A DNA stretch of 64,000 bases from Minisyncoccota bacterium. GTDB taxonomy: Bacteria > Patescibacteriota > Minisyncoccia > Phycocordibacterales > PALSA-1337. Of the stretch, positions 1-9,579 are shown one piece after another (within the stretch, counting starts at the first letter, position 1; the number at the start of each line of letters is the position of its first letter). The stretch lies in the NCBI GenBank assembly GCA_041663145.1, contig JBAZRG010000002.1, forward strand, positions 94,618-158,617, given 5' to 3'. The notes beneath the pieces are model-generated. The model made no database searches, was not told where the DNA came from, and worked only from the letters and a program-made list of their open reading frames with translations. The position numbers were made by a program, and so were the translations under genes.

Positions 1-156
1 CCGTCCGGTAACTGTAATCAGTCCATTCAAAAGAAATAATATTGAACTGATGGAGGCGGCCACAAGCATTAAAAAGATAAGGCGTGGGGTTCTCGGAGTC
101 AGCCAGTTTCCTACAAAACTAACTGATAATACGGGAGAATTTTCCATACCAGAAAA

Positions 157-348
157 GTGGAAATGAAAGCTGTGTTTGTTGATATAATTGTCGATAAAAA
201 TAAACTCATTTCCGAAATAGATTCTGGAACAGATTGCGGAGAATTTGTCGGGAGAGTTATCGGTCTATCCAGCAATACAGGATCAAAAAAGCAATATTGG
301 CCGGAAGAAGTTTACGATTACACCGTGAAAAAGTTTGTGCTTAAATAG
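157..348 (+). CDS. small hypothetical protein (63 aa)
   Basis: ORF from the six-frame track. No recognisable motif. Confidence 0.2.
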   Translation: MEMKAVFVDIIVDKNKLISEIDSGTDCGEFVGRVIGLSSNTGSKKQYWPEEVYDYTVKKFVLK

Positions 349-386
349 GTTCAAACTTCAAGTAAAAACTGCCGCAAATAAATCCT

Positions 387-854
387 ATGAAATTTCCTGT
401 AAATCAAGAATTAGAAAAGATCTCAAAGTGTAGAGGGAATATAATATCAGATGCTGTTGATGTTGAAATATCATTAGGTTGGAGACTAAGACTTTACTTC
501 TTTCCAAAAACAAGCCAAAAAGCAGCTATCTTTCACGACAAAATACTTAATTCCTCACAACTTAGTTTCGATAAGAAAATTTCACTTTATAAAGACATTT
601 CTTATTTTAAAAGGTTAAGACAATATGAAAAAATCATAGCAGCCTTACGATTCGTACAAAAATATAGAAATGCCTTTGCCCACTGGAGTACCATTTGGGT
701 CGATGATAGTAAAAATGAGATTGTTATATACAACACAGATTTATCGAAGGAAATTAGAGTAAATAGTAAAAATATTCTCGAATTTCAAGAAAATGTAAAT
801 TTTTTGGTTAAAACATTCAAATTTAAAAATTATCAAGGTAATTGGAAACTATAA
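387..854 (+). CDS. hypothetical protein with HEPN-like Rx4H motif (RNAFAH), possibly Abi-like
   Basis: 155-aa ORF. Its C-terminal half contains ALRFVQKYRNAFAHWS, which matches the canonical HEPN R-x4-6-H signature. Confidence 0.35.
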   Translation: MKFPVNQELEKISKCRGNIISDAVDVEISLGWRLRLYFFPKTSQKAAIFHDKILNSSQLSFDKKISLYKDISYFKRLRQYEKIIAALRFVQKYRNAFAHWSTIWVDDSKNEIVIYNTDLSKEIRVNSKNILEFQENVNFLVKTFKFKNYQGNWKL

Positions 855-983
855 GTATGGGCATTTTTAATTATCCTATACTAAACAGTAATAGAATCTA
901 TAAAATATAAGTAGGTGCATTCTTAGCTAAAAAAATCCCAACGTTATCCCACCGTAACCATAAATAGTGTTTTTTTATCTAGA

Positions 984-2033
984 TTGGTATACTGCGATTG
1001 TATGGAAAATGAATCAGAGATATTAGAATATAAAGAAAGCCTTTCTGAAATAGAGGAAGCTGGAGAATGTCTTACGGGATTTGCCAATAAAAATGGTGGC
1101 AGGGTCTGTTTTGGTGTAAAAAATAATGGAGAAGTAATCGGAATTAGTAATATAACTGAAAAAACCTTAAGAGATATATCGCAACGATATGTTGATAATA
1201 CAGAGCCAAAATTGATTCCGAAAATCGAAGCTGAAATGAAGTCAGGTCTAAATGTTATTAGTGTATCAATAGAAAAAAGTTCCACACCATATCATACTTA
1301 TAAGAAAAGACCGTTTATTCGAATTGGAACAGAGACAAAAGCAATGTCTCAAGACGAGTATCAAAAACGCTTAATTGCTTATAAGGATTTGAACCAGGAT
1401 TTTTCGGCAAAGAAAATTAACAACGTTCAATTAGATGACCTTTCTCCTGAAGCAATGTTGGACCTGAGAAAGTTGCTAAAAGTATCTGGTCGATTTAAAG
1501 TCAGCATCGACAAATTATCAGATGAACAATTACTTAGAGATTTGCAGCTTCTCCGCGATGGTAAATTAACGGTGGCGGCCCTGGTACTTCTTGCAAAACC
1601 TTCAACTCTTTCTCGAATTATGCCTTATGTTGAAATTAGGTACTCATTTAAACTCAATGAAAGCGAAATGAGAACTCAAGACATAGAGATATTTAATGGT
1701 GGATATTTATTGTATTACGATAAAATCTGGGAAAAAATCAACGCTCGAAATATAACCTTATCCGTGCCTCAAGGTCTCCTGATTAGAGATGTTAAAGCTT
1801 TTGATGAAGAGAGTATAAGGGAAGCGATTAATAACACGATTATACACAGAGACTATTCACTAAACGAGAGTACCTTTGTTACGCAATACCAACAGAAAAT
1901 AGAGGTAAAAAGTCCTGGAGGTTTAGTCGACGGTGTATCTATTGAAAATATACTCGATGAATCAAAAACTAGAAACAAATTAATAGCGGATACGTTATTT
2001 AAGACTGAATTCGTGGAACATCTTGGAAACTGA
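984..2033 (+). CDS. putative ATP-binding transcriptional regulator, N-terminal part (AlbA_2/divergent-AAA DNA-binding domain plus HATPase_c_4-like domain)
   Basis: The N-terminus (EILEYKESLSEIEEAGECLTGFANKNGGRVCFGVKNNGEVIGI) is typical of the Schlafen/AlbA_2 'putative DNA-binding domain' family. The central region is ATPase-like. The ORF ends at a single TGA that is in frame with the next ORF. Confidence 0.55.
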   Translation: MVYCDCMENESEILEYKESLSEIEEAGECLTGFANKNGGRVCFGVKNNGEVIGISNITEKTLRDISQRYVDNTEPKLIPKIEAEMKSGLNVISVSIEKSSTPYHTYKKRPFIRIGTETKAMSQDEYQKRLIAYKDLNQDFSAKKINNVQLDDLSPEAMLDLRKLLKVSGRFKVSIDKLSDEQLLRDLQLLRDGKLTVAALVLLAKPSTLSRIMPYVEIRYSFKLNESEMRTQDIEIFNGGYLLYYDKIWEKINARNITLSVPQGLLIRDVKAFDEESIREAINNTIIHRDYSLNESTFVTQYQQKIEVKSPGGLVDGVSIENILDESKTRNKLIADTLFKTEFVEHLGN

Positions 2034-2042
2034 GTAAACCTC

Positions 2043-2594
2043 ATGTTCAAGAATCAGCTTTCTCGAGGGAAAAATGCTCCAAATTATCTAAAAACTAACG
2101 ATAATAACGTCTTTTTAGAGCTAGATGGAAAAATTAAAGATATTGAATTTGCAAAATATGTCTTTAATGTTGCCGATAAAAATGGCCGGGAACTAAATGA
2201 TAAAGAATTGATACTTTTGAATCAAATTAAAGATAATAAGCGAATAAAAGCTAGCTACATTACAGATAATCTTTTAGAACTAGGACTAATAGAGAGAGTG
2301 GGTTATGGTAAATATATTCTTTCAAGAAATTATTATAATGATATCCATCGATCGGGTGAATATACTAGAAGCAGGGGACTCTCCAAAGAACACAATAAAA
2401 TGCTTATCCTCGAACATCTTAAAAGTTATGAAAAAGGTTTTAAAAAAGATTTATCACAGGTGCTGCCGACACTGCGATGGTTTCAAATATATAGGATGCT
2501 TATAGAGCTTCGGCAAGAGAAGAAAATAAAATTCACTGGAGACAGAAGAAGTCACTCGGGAAAAAACGCTGGCTATTGGAAATTAGTTGCATGA
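2043..2594 (+). CDS. C-terminal part (winged-helix-like) of the same regulator, in frame after one TGA; possibly a pseudogene fragment
   Basis: It is in the same frame as 984-2033, separated only by TGA plus three sense codons. LELGLIERVGYGKYILSRNYY looks like a wHTH. The combined length of about 536 aa matches full-length members of this family. Confidence 0.4.
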   Translation: MFKNQLSRGKNAPNYLKTNDNNVFLELDGKIKDIEFAKYVFNVADKNGRELNDKELILLNQIKDNKRIKASYITDNLLELGLIERVGYGKYILSRNYYNDIHRSGEYTRSRGLSKEHNKMLILEHLKSYEKGFKKDLSQVLPTLRWFQIYRMLIELRQEKKIKFTGDRRSHSGKNAGYWKLVA

Positions 2595-2826
2595 TTGTAG
2601 TAGAAGTGTAGTAGTTATCCGGTACTTAATCAAAAAAAACACTTATATAGAGCCACCACGGAATGATAAAATGTAGTAGTTCAGTTGTAGATATGTAGTA
2701 GTTCAAAACAATTTTTAGACAAGTAACGCCACTCGGACATTGTCCCAAACTCCCCGCCTTCGCTACGCCGAAGCCCGATTAGGGCGAAGGTGAGCATATA
2801 GTAGAGGTCATGTTAGAATTACACAT

Positions 2827-3273
2827 ATGAAAGAAATCACTCTTCATGGAGAATGGCTCGTCAAAGCACCTGTCGAAAATGTATTCAGAATGATGACAAA
2901 TTTTGAGAAATTTCCAGAATATTTCCCTAAGGTCGCTGAATCAATGCAAGTGAAGAAACGGGAAGGGGATTATTTAGAAATGGATGCAATTGTCAGATCA
3001 TTCGGCAAAAAATTTCCAGTGCAGATGAAAACTCAGATCCTGCCTGGAAAAGGGTTCATTTCGGATAATGAAAACCCTAAATTTGGAACTTCTGGACATG
3101 AAGAATTTTTACTTTCTGAACATCCTGAGGGAACATTAATTGATTACACCTATAGCGTTTCAATTCATAAGACATGGCTACGCGTGGTCGCAACACCACT
3201 CATTCGTTGGTATTCGATGAAATACTGGGAAAAAGCAGTTATAAGCGAATTGAGGAAGGCGCTGGAGAAGTGA
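2827..3273 (+). CDS. SRPBCC (START/Bet v1-like, polyketide-cyclase-like) family protein
   Basis: 148 aa. The N-terminus (ITLHGEWLVKAPVENVFRMMTNFEKFPEYFP) is typical of the SRPBCC lipid-binding fold. Confidence 0.45.
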   Translation: MKEITLHGEWLVKAPVENVFRMMTNFEKFPEYFPKVAESMQVKKREGDYLEMDAIVRSFGKKFPVQMKTQILPGKGFISDNENPKFGTSGHEEFLLSEHPEGTLIDYTYSVSIHKTWLRVVATPLIRWYSMKYWEKAVISELRKALEK

Positions 3274-3376
3274 TGGTTTTGACTCTGAAATCTTATACAG
3301 TTGGATCACAACCTATCTCTCAAGTGATATGAAGCTTTATAATATTCTCCCAAAGACGTTATTCCTTTATACTTCC

Positions 3377-3985
3377 TTACATATCTAACGGTAAACAGTA
3401 TACTTTGAATGAAGCGTTTGATGTGTGCCATGAACATTCTTGTTCTGTTGAATCACATGAAACATAACCTTCTGATAAAGGCAAATCCTCGCTGGTTCCT
3501 ATGAGAATAACTCCGGGTAAACTACCTTTGATCCAATTTGCAAAGTGTATCGTTTTACAACCATATTCAACAGCTTCAACTCCGGCGTGATTGTATACGT
3601 TTGGTAAATACGCGGTATATGCCCATCTTTCTAGACCTGTATCATGGGTAACATCGAAATGTGGTATTTTGCTAATATATCTTCCAATTATAAGTGGTTC
3701 AAGTGCCTCGTCTAGCCAAGGAAAACCAAAAAAATCATAACATGCAAAAGGATTATGATTGTTCGTCGGTGAATAGAGCGGAGGACATGGTGGTTGAGTC
3801 TCATTATGATCGAGCTTATACATCTGAAGAGCTTTTTGAAGTTCTCGCGTTTCCACAGCAAATTTTGTATTTTTTGCTTTATCTTTAGCATCTTGGAGTG
3901 ATGTAATTACGACTGTTGCCAAAAGACCTATGATGGCGATCACGACGAGCATTTCTACTAATGTAAAACCTTTATTATTGTGCAT
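3377..3985 (-). CDS. prepilin-type N-terminal cleavage/methylation domain protein (pseudopilin)
   Basis: An internal start gives MHNNKGFTLVEMLVVIAIIGLLATVV, the class III signal G|FTLxE plus a hydrophobic helix. I trimmed the track ORF to the ATG at 3985. Confidence 0.6.
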   Translation of the reverse strand: MHNNKGFTLVEMLVVIAIIGLLATVVITSLQDAKDKAKNTKFAVETRELQKALQMYKLDHNETQPPCPPLYSPTNNHNPFACYDFFGFPWLDEALEPLIIGRYISKIPHFDVTHDTGLERWAYTAYLPNVYNHAGVEAVEYGCKTIHFANWIKGSLPGVILIGTSEDLPLSEGYVSCDSTEQECSWHTSNASFKVYCLPLDM

Positions 3986-4305
3986 TGTTTTGATAAAGCA
4001 TTTTATTAAAATCACTAATTGTTCTAGGTCTTTTTGGGGGAGCGTTTGTGATATGTATGTAAATAAGGTAGGAGGCCAGTAGGACAATGACCACTATACC
4101 AGTATACATCCTCTTGGCTCCTTTATTATCCCTAACAATACCCTTACGCACAAGCCATGAATCATCTTGCGAAACTTGCGGTAAAAAATGATTAACCGAA
4201 GTCGTCGGTTTGGAATAGGATCTACTTGAAAAATCTTCTTCAAATTCTACCGACATATGTAAATCTTACCATAAGAGATCAAAAAAATGTTATAGTATAA
4301 ATCAC

Positions 4306-4872
4306 ATGATCAAGACCGACGAACAACTCATATCAGACTATCTCGATGGTAGTGAAAAAGCGTTAGGAACGCTTATTGATCGGCACCTGACAAATGCATA
4401 TAACTTTGCTTTGAAACTAGTAAATGACAGTCAGGTTGCGGATGATATAACTCAAGAGGCATTCGTCAAAGCCTGGAACAATATTCGAGGATTTAGGCAG
4501 GGGAGTTCTTTTCAGACCTGGCTTTTCGCAATTACTAGAAATGTGGCAATTGATTGGCTAAGACGAAGAAAGGAACTTGTTTTCTCCGCTTTTGAAAATG
4601 AGCGGGGAGAAAACATGCTTACAGAAACTCTTGTCGACACTGGCTTATTGCCAGATGAACTTTTGGCAAGAGCCGAAGATGCTCGTTTTGTGGAAATTCT
4701 TTTGGAAGAGATCGATCCTCTTTATCGTGATGTATTGAAACTTCGATATTCAAGCAATATGACATTTGCCGAGATCGGCGAATTTTTGAAGAGACCACTC
4801 CATACAGTAAAGAGTCAACATAGAAGGGCACTCATTGCCTTACGTCGATCTTTCGAGGCGCGACCAATCTGA
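4306..4872 (+). CDS. RNA polymerase sigma-70 family ECF sigma factor
   Basis: Region 2 (ITQEAFVKAWNNIRGFRQGSSFQTWLFAITRNVAIDWLRRR) and region 4 (LKLRYSSNMTFAEIGEFLKRPLHTVKSQHRRA) are recognisable. Confidence 0.8.
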   Translation: MIKTDEQLISDYLDGSEKALGTLIDRHLTNAYNFALKLVNDSQVADDITQEAFVKAWNNIRGFRQGSSFQTWLFAITRNVAIDWLRRRKELVFSAFENERGENMLTETLVDTGLLPDELLARAEDARFVEILLEEIDPLYRDVLKLRYSSNMTFAEIGEFLKRPLHTVKSQHRRALIALRRSFEARPI

Positions 4873-4964
4873 GTATCTTGTTAGGAATTGCGTTCTGCAG
4901 TGGTTTGTTTACATATATTTTGCCGAGAATTCTTTGCGCTTTGTACAATTTGTTTTCATAGAGA

Positions 4965-5390
4965 TTGTCATTCTTTGTAAAGATGCACCAAAATGCATCC
5001 CGTCTTCGTCTAACAGTTATGGAAAAGATACAGCCACCACAGGATCTAAAGCAGAATATCCTTTTAGGAATTGCAAAAGAGGAGTTTCGTCGCGCAAAGA
5101 TCTACTTCACTGTAGCTGTAACGGTATTGCCGACATCTTTGGTTGCAGTATTTTTGTCCGGCAGATATCTCATAAATAGTTTTTATGAATCCGGTTTTTA
5201 CAACTATTTTTCATTGCTGTTCTCCGGAGATAGTACGGTTTTGAGCTATTGGAAGGAACTGGTCTACTCCATGGTAGAAACAATGCCGATCTTGGGCACG
5301 ATCGTATTTTTGATGGCTGTTAGTTTTCTTGTTTGGTCGGGAGCCAATACCATTACAAATTTGCACCGTTTTACTTTAGCAACTAATTAA
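4965..5390 (+). CDS. putative anti-sigma factor / membrane protein
   Basis: It lies directly downstream of the ECF sigma gene, carries a predicted TM helix and has no other motif. The assignment rests on context. Confidence 0.3.
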   Translation: MSFFVKMHQNASRLRLTVMEKIQPPQDLKQNILLGIAKEEFRRAKIYFTVAVTVLPTSLVAVFLSGRYLINSFYESGFYNYFSLLFSGDSTVLSYWKELVYSMVETMPILGTIVFLMAVSFLVWSGANTITNLHRFTLATN

Positions 5391-5396
5391 TCAAAT

Positions 5397-5879
5397 ATGG
5401 ATTATAGAGATATACACAAATCGAAAACAGTGCGAGGAATCCTAATAGGATTGGGAGTTGCCGTCCTTATCCTGGTCATTTTTCAAGCAGGCATGGTTGC
5501 GGGTTATCACAAAGCTAGTTTCAGCGCGCGATTTGGTGACAATTTCGAGAGAAATTTTATTGATCCTCGAGAAGGAGACTTTGGTGGAAAATTTCCCGGT
5601 CCGGGCATGCCGGGCGGACATGGAGCCGTGGGAGAGATTGTTAGTATCATTCTTCCACGAGTCGTTGTAGCCGGCCCTGATAATTTGGAAAAAACTGTTC
5701 TCGTTGGTACGTCGACAATTGTTCGAGAATTTCGAGATGAAATCACCGCAGATCGACTCAAGGTCGGTGATTTTGTAGTAGTTCTTGGTAATCCGAATGA
5801 TAAAGGTGAGGTTGATGCAAAATTGATTCGTCTCATGCCTCCACCACCTGAGCCATCTGGTAGAGCCGTAAATAGATAA
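5397..5879 (+). CDS. hypothetical membrane-anchored protein
   Basis: N-terminal TM segment followed by Gly/Pro-rich and charged regions. No catalytic motif. Confidence 0.3.
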   Translation: MDYRDIHKSKTVRGILIGLGVAVLILVIFQAGMVAGYHKASFSARFGDNFERNFIDPREGDFGGKFPGPGMPGGHGAVGEIVSIILPRVVVAGPDNLEKTVLVGTSTIVREFRDEITADRLKVGDFVVVLGNPNDKGEVDAKLIRLMPPPPEPSGRAVNR

Positions 5880-5893
5880 TTAATTCAATAATT

Positions 5894-7558
5894 ATGAAAT
5901 CATTTATTCAAAAAATAATTATATGGTCTAAAGTCCACAAGATTATAAGTGTTGTCATCCTTCTCGCGCTTATCGGTGCTGGTTATGGAACAGTACTCGC
6001 CTTTAGTAGTGATACCAGTGAGACTCGTTATGTCCTTGCCACCTTGGGACGTGGAGATATCGTCGCTTCGGTAACTGGTTCCGGTCAAGTATCCTCATTT
6101 GATCAGGTTGATTTGACCGCCAAAACATCAGGTGATCTCGTCTCAGTAAACGTCAAAACTGGTCAAGAAGTAGGATCCGGCGCGATCATTGCCCAGATTG
6201 ACTCGGGGGATGCATATTATGATTTTGAAACAGCAAAACTGTCTTATGAAGAACTAGTCACTATCGATCCCGATGATGTTGTTGACGCTGAAGAAGATGT
6301 GGAAGACGCGTACACAACAGCCCGCACGGCTATAAGCACAGCTTCTATAAGTGTGGAAGATATCATGGAGGATTTGAAAACTCTTTTCAATTGCAATAAT
6401 GGATACCTGGGCGGTTGCAACAACTATTCCACAAGCGCTAAACAATTTCGCACGAAAGCGGAAACTGCATGGTTTGACGCGAATGATTCGATTTATAGTT
6501 TTACGAAAAAATATAGGATTATGTCCAACTCATCAACTCGAAAAGAAATCGAAGATACGGTAAAACTGGCTCGCGATACTGCGACGGCTGTTTTTGAAGC
6601 GGCGAAATACTCGCAAGACGCCGCGATTTATTTTAAAAACAACGCTGATAATGAAACCGACCAAACAAAAGCTGATGAGGCATACAGTTTAGTTTCACCT
6701 TTGGTATCATCGGCAAATACAGTTTTGTCCGATCTGACTACCGCTCAAAATGGCATAAAAGATAGCGAAAAGGCTCTTGTAGAATTGAAAGATGGAGCAG
6801 ATGTGCTCGATATTCGATCGAGCGAGCTTTCTCTTCGTCAAAAACAGGATGCTTTGTCTGATTATGTGATAAAATCCCCGTTTGCCGGTATTGTCGCGTC
6901 GATTGATGTGAAAAAAGGCGATACGGTAAATAGTGGAACCACAATAGCAACACTTATTACAAAAAAGAAGATCGCGGAGATATCTCTCAATGAAATTGAT
7001 GTTGCGAAAGTTAAAGTTGGTCAAAAAGCCACTCTTACTTTCGACGCCTTCGATGATCTGACTATCGGAGGAGAGGTGACCGAAGTTGATCTTGTCGGTA
7101 CTGTGAGTCAGGGAGTAGTTAATTATGTAGTAAAAATCGCCTTTGATACAGATGATAGTAAAGTAAAATCTGGTATGACGGTAAACGCGAGTATCATAAC
7201 TGAGATGAGACAAAATACGCTTGTGGTCCCAACAAGTGCGGTAAAAACGCAGAGTAGTATGAGTTATGTTGAAGTTATCGATCAAAGCGTCTCATATGAT
7301 AAGTCTAGTCAGACAACGGGTATTCTCCTTACAACATCTCCACGCAAAGTAAAAGTCACTACAGGTTTTACGGATGACGAGTCTATCGAGATAGTGTCTG
7401 GCCTTGAAGAAGGTCAACAGTACGTAGTTCGCACTATAACAACTACCGTCACAGCCACTCAGTCGACTCAAACCGCACCTAGTCTCTTCGGTAATGCGGC
7501 TGGCAGTGGTCGAACATCGGGAAGCGGAGGTTTTGGTGGTGGAAACATGCCACGATAA
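5894..7558 (+). CDS. efflux transporter periplasmic adaptor subunit (HlyD/MacA family)
   Basis: N-terminal TM helix, a biotinyl-lipoyl-like hairpin (IKSPFAGIVASIDVKKGDTVNSGTTIATL) and a beta-barrel region. It sits immediately upstream of a MacB-type ATPase and permease. Confidence 0.7.
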   Translation: MKSFIQKIIIWSKVHKIISVVILLALIGAGYGTVLAFSSDTSETRYVLATLGRGDIVASVTGSGQVSSFDQVDLTAKTSGDLVSVNVKTGQEVGSGAIIAQIDSGDAYYDFETAKLSYEELVTIDPDDVVDAEEDVEDAYTTARTAISTASISVEDIMEDLKTLFNCNNGYLGGCNNYSTSAKQFRTKAETAWFDANDSIYSFTKKYRIMSNSSTRKEIEDTVKLARDTATAVFEAAKYSQDAAIYFKNNADNETDQTKADEAYSLVSPLVSSANTVLSDLTTAQNGIKDSEKALVELKDGADVLDIRSSELSLRQKQDALSDYVIKSPFAGIVASIDVKKGDTVNSGTTIATLITKKKIAEISLNEIDVAKVKVGQKATLTFDAFDDLTIGGEVTEVDLVGTVSQGVVNYVVKIAFDTDDSKVKSGMTVNASIITEMRQNTLVVPTSAVKTQSSMSYVEVIDQSVSYDKSSQTTGILLTTSPRKVKVTTGFTDDESIEIVSGLEEGQQYVVRTITTTVTATQSTQTAPSLFGNAAGSGRTSGSGGFGGGNMPR

Positions 7559-7595
7559 TCATTTGTTGTGAATATCCTCATTTATTTATTGAACC

Positions 7596-8306
7596 ATGAT
7601 TGAAGTAAAAAATGTCACGAAAATCTATAAGACCGGTGATATCGAATTTCAAGCGTTGAAAGGAGTATCTTTTACGATTAAAGACGGAGAATTTGTCGCT
7701 ATTATGGGTCCTTCAGGATCAGGGAAATCGACTCTTATGCATATTTTAGGTTGTCTCGATACTCCGACTACAGGCACATATTTTCTTGATGGAAAAGATG
7801 TCTCAACTTTGTCAGACGATAATCTCGCGGATATTCGTAGGGAAAAAATCGGATTTGTTTTTCAATCATTCAACCTACTGCCTCGCACGACGGTACTACG
7901 AAATACAACACTACCATTGGTATATGCTGGTGTCAGTGAGGAACAAAGAAAAGAAAGAGCAGTAAAAGCACTCAGGGCGGCAGGTATGGATGAGTCACAC
8001 TTTTATCATTTGTCCAATCAACTTTCTGGAGGACAGATTCAGCGTGTAGCGATTTCTCGGGCACTGGTGAACGATCCGTCGCTTATTCTTGCCGATGAGC
8101 CGACTGGGAATCTGGATACAAAAACGGGAAATATAGTACTCGGCACATTCCAAAAGCTCAACGAGGAACTTGGTCGAACTATCATACTTATCACGCACGA
8201 GCCGGACGTGGCAGAACATGCCGACCGCATAATTTTTATACGTGACGGTCAGATTATCGAAGACGGTAAAGGTCACTCTAAAAGAGACGCTAAACATCAC
8301 GCATGA
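7596..8306 (+). CDS. ABC transporter ATP-binding protein (MacB/LolD type)
   Basis: Walker A (GPSGSGKST), ABC signature (LSGGQIQRVAISRAL), Walker B (ILADEPTGNLD). The TKIYKTGDIEFQALKGVS N-terminus is typical of the MacB family. Confidence 0.88.
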   Translation: MIEVKNVTKIYKTGDIEFQALKGVSFTIKDGEFVAIMGPSGSGKSTLMHILGCLDTPTTGTYFLDGKDVSTLSDDNLADIRREKIGFVFQSFNLLPRTTVLRNTTLPLVYAGVSEEQRKERAVKALRAAGMDESHFYHLSNQLSGGQIQRVAISRALVNDPSLILADEPTGNLDTKTGNIVLGTFQKLNEELGRTIILITHEPDVAEHADRIIFIRDGQIIEDGKGHSKRDAKHHA

Positions 8307-8347
8307 CCCTCCGACTAACTCAGGGTCATAGTGAGTAAAATCGAACC

Positions 8348-9571
8348 ATGAAAACATCCGACATTATCCACGAAACATATACCGCACTTCTCTCAAATAA
8401 AGTGAGAACCGGTCTTACCATGCTTGGTATTATCATCGGTATCGGATCGGTCATTGCCATGGTTGCGATCGGTCAGGGTGCGCAGGGAACAATACAATCG
8501 AACATCCAGTCTCTCGGATCCAATCTTATCCAAGTGACACCAGGTTCACAGGGTGGTCCAGGATCGCAAGTGAGTCAAGGTCGAGGAAGCGCGCGAACAC
8601 TTACGCATGATGATGCTCAAGCTATCGAGAAAGAAATTTCTTCTGTTCAGGCAGTTTCGGCTGAACTCTCGGGCAGGTATCAAGTGGTCGGCAAAGGGAC
8701 AAATACAAATACAACAGTCATGGGAGCAACTTCTAAATATCCAGAAGTGAGGAATGTTTCTATAGCGGAGGGATCATTTATTTCCGATCAAAATCTTAAA
8801 AGTCTCGGAAAGGTGGCGGTGCTTGGTCCAACTGTTCGTGACGATCTTTTCGGTGAGGGTGCATCAGCTATTGGGCAGACAATACGTATTAGCGGAGTAC
8901 AATTTAAGATTATTGGCGTGACGGTAGCCAAGGGTGGGTCGGGATTTCAAAATCAAGATGATATGATCTTTATTCCACTTACGAGCGCTCAAAAATTCCT
9001 CGTTGGCGATGATTATGTCTCGACTATCGCGGCACAGGCGGTAAGCTCGGATACCATGTCGCAGGCCCAAACGGATATAACTGATTTGTTGCTCAAGCGA
9101 CATAAGATCTCAGACTCCACGTCTGCTGATTTCAGCATTCTCAATCAAAACGATATTGTCGCGACGGCTTCAAGCGTTACACAGACATTTACCATGCTTC
9201 TGGCGGCTGTCGCCGGGATCTCTCTTGTTGTTGGAGGTATCGGCATTATGAATATGATGCTTACGACAGTGACTGAGCGAACGAGGGAGATCGGTCTTCG
9301 TAAAGCAATCGGAGCGAAGAGGTCAGATATCAACAAACAGTTCCTGGTGGAAGCGATTGTAATAACCCTGGTTGGCGGTATTATAGGAGTTGCTCTGGGG
9401 ACTCTGGTTTCATTTGGATTGACCACTTTCGACGTAATTCAGACGAAAGTCTCAATCGGATCAATACTTCTTGCTTTTGGTGTGTCGGCAGTGATAGGTA
9501 TCGTGTTTGGGTATTATCCGGCTCGTCGGGCGGCCGCTTTGAATCCGATCGAAGCATTGAGGTATGAGTAG
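8348..9571 (+). CDS. ABC transporter permease (MacB periplasmic core domain plus FtsX fold)
   Basis: N-terminal TM helix, a large periplasmic domain, and a C-terminal FtsX-like 3-TM bundle (LAAVAGISLVVGGIGIMNMMLTTVTERTREIGLRKAIGA). Confidence 0.85.
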   Translation: MKTSDIIHETYTALLSNKVRTGLTMLGIIIGIGSVIAMVAIGQGAQGTIQSNIQSLGSNLIQVTPGSQGGPGSQVSQGRGSARTLTHDDAQAIEKEISSVQAVSAELSGRYQVVGKGTNTNTTVMGATSKYPEVRNVSIAEGSFISDQNLKSLGKVAVLGPTVRDDLFGEGASAIGQTIRISGVQFKIIGVTVAKGGSGFQNQDDMIFIPLTSAQKFLVGDDYVSTIAAQAVSSDTMSQAQTDITDLLLKRHKISDSTSADFSILNQNDIVATASSVTQTFTMLLAAVAGISLVVGGIGIMNMMLTTVTERTREIGLRKAIGAKRSDINKQFLVEAIVITLVGGIIGVALGTLVSFGLTTFDVIQTKVSIGSILLAFGVSAVIGIVFGYYPARRAAALNPIEALRYE

Positions 9572-9579
9572 TTTGGTGA

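Noticed and set aside
3975-4256. 93-aa minus-strand ORF divergent from the ECF sigma gene
   Set aside because: It overlaps the pseudopilin start region. It has a single possible TM helix but no other support, and its confidence is too low to list as a gene.
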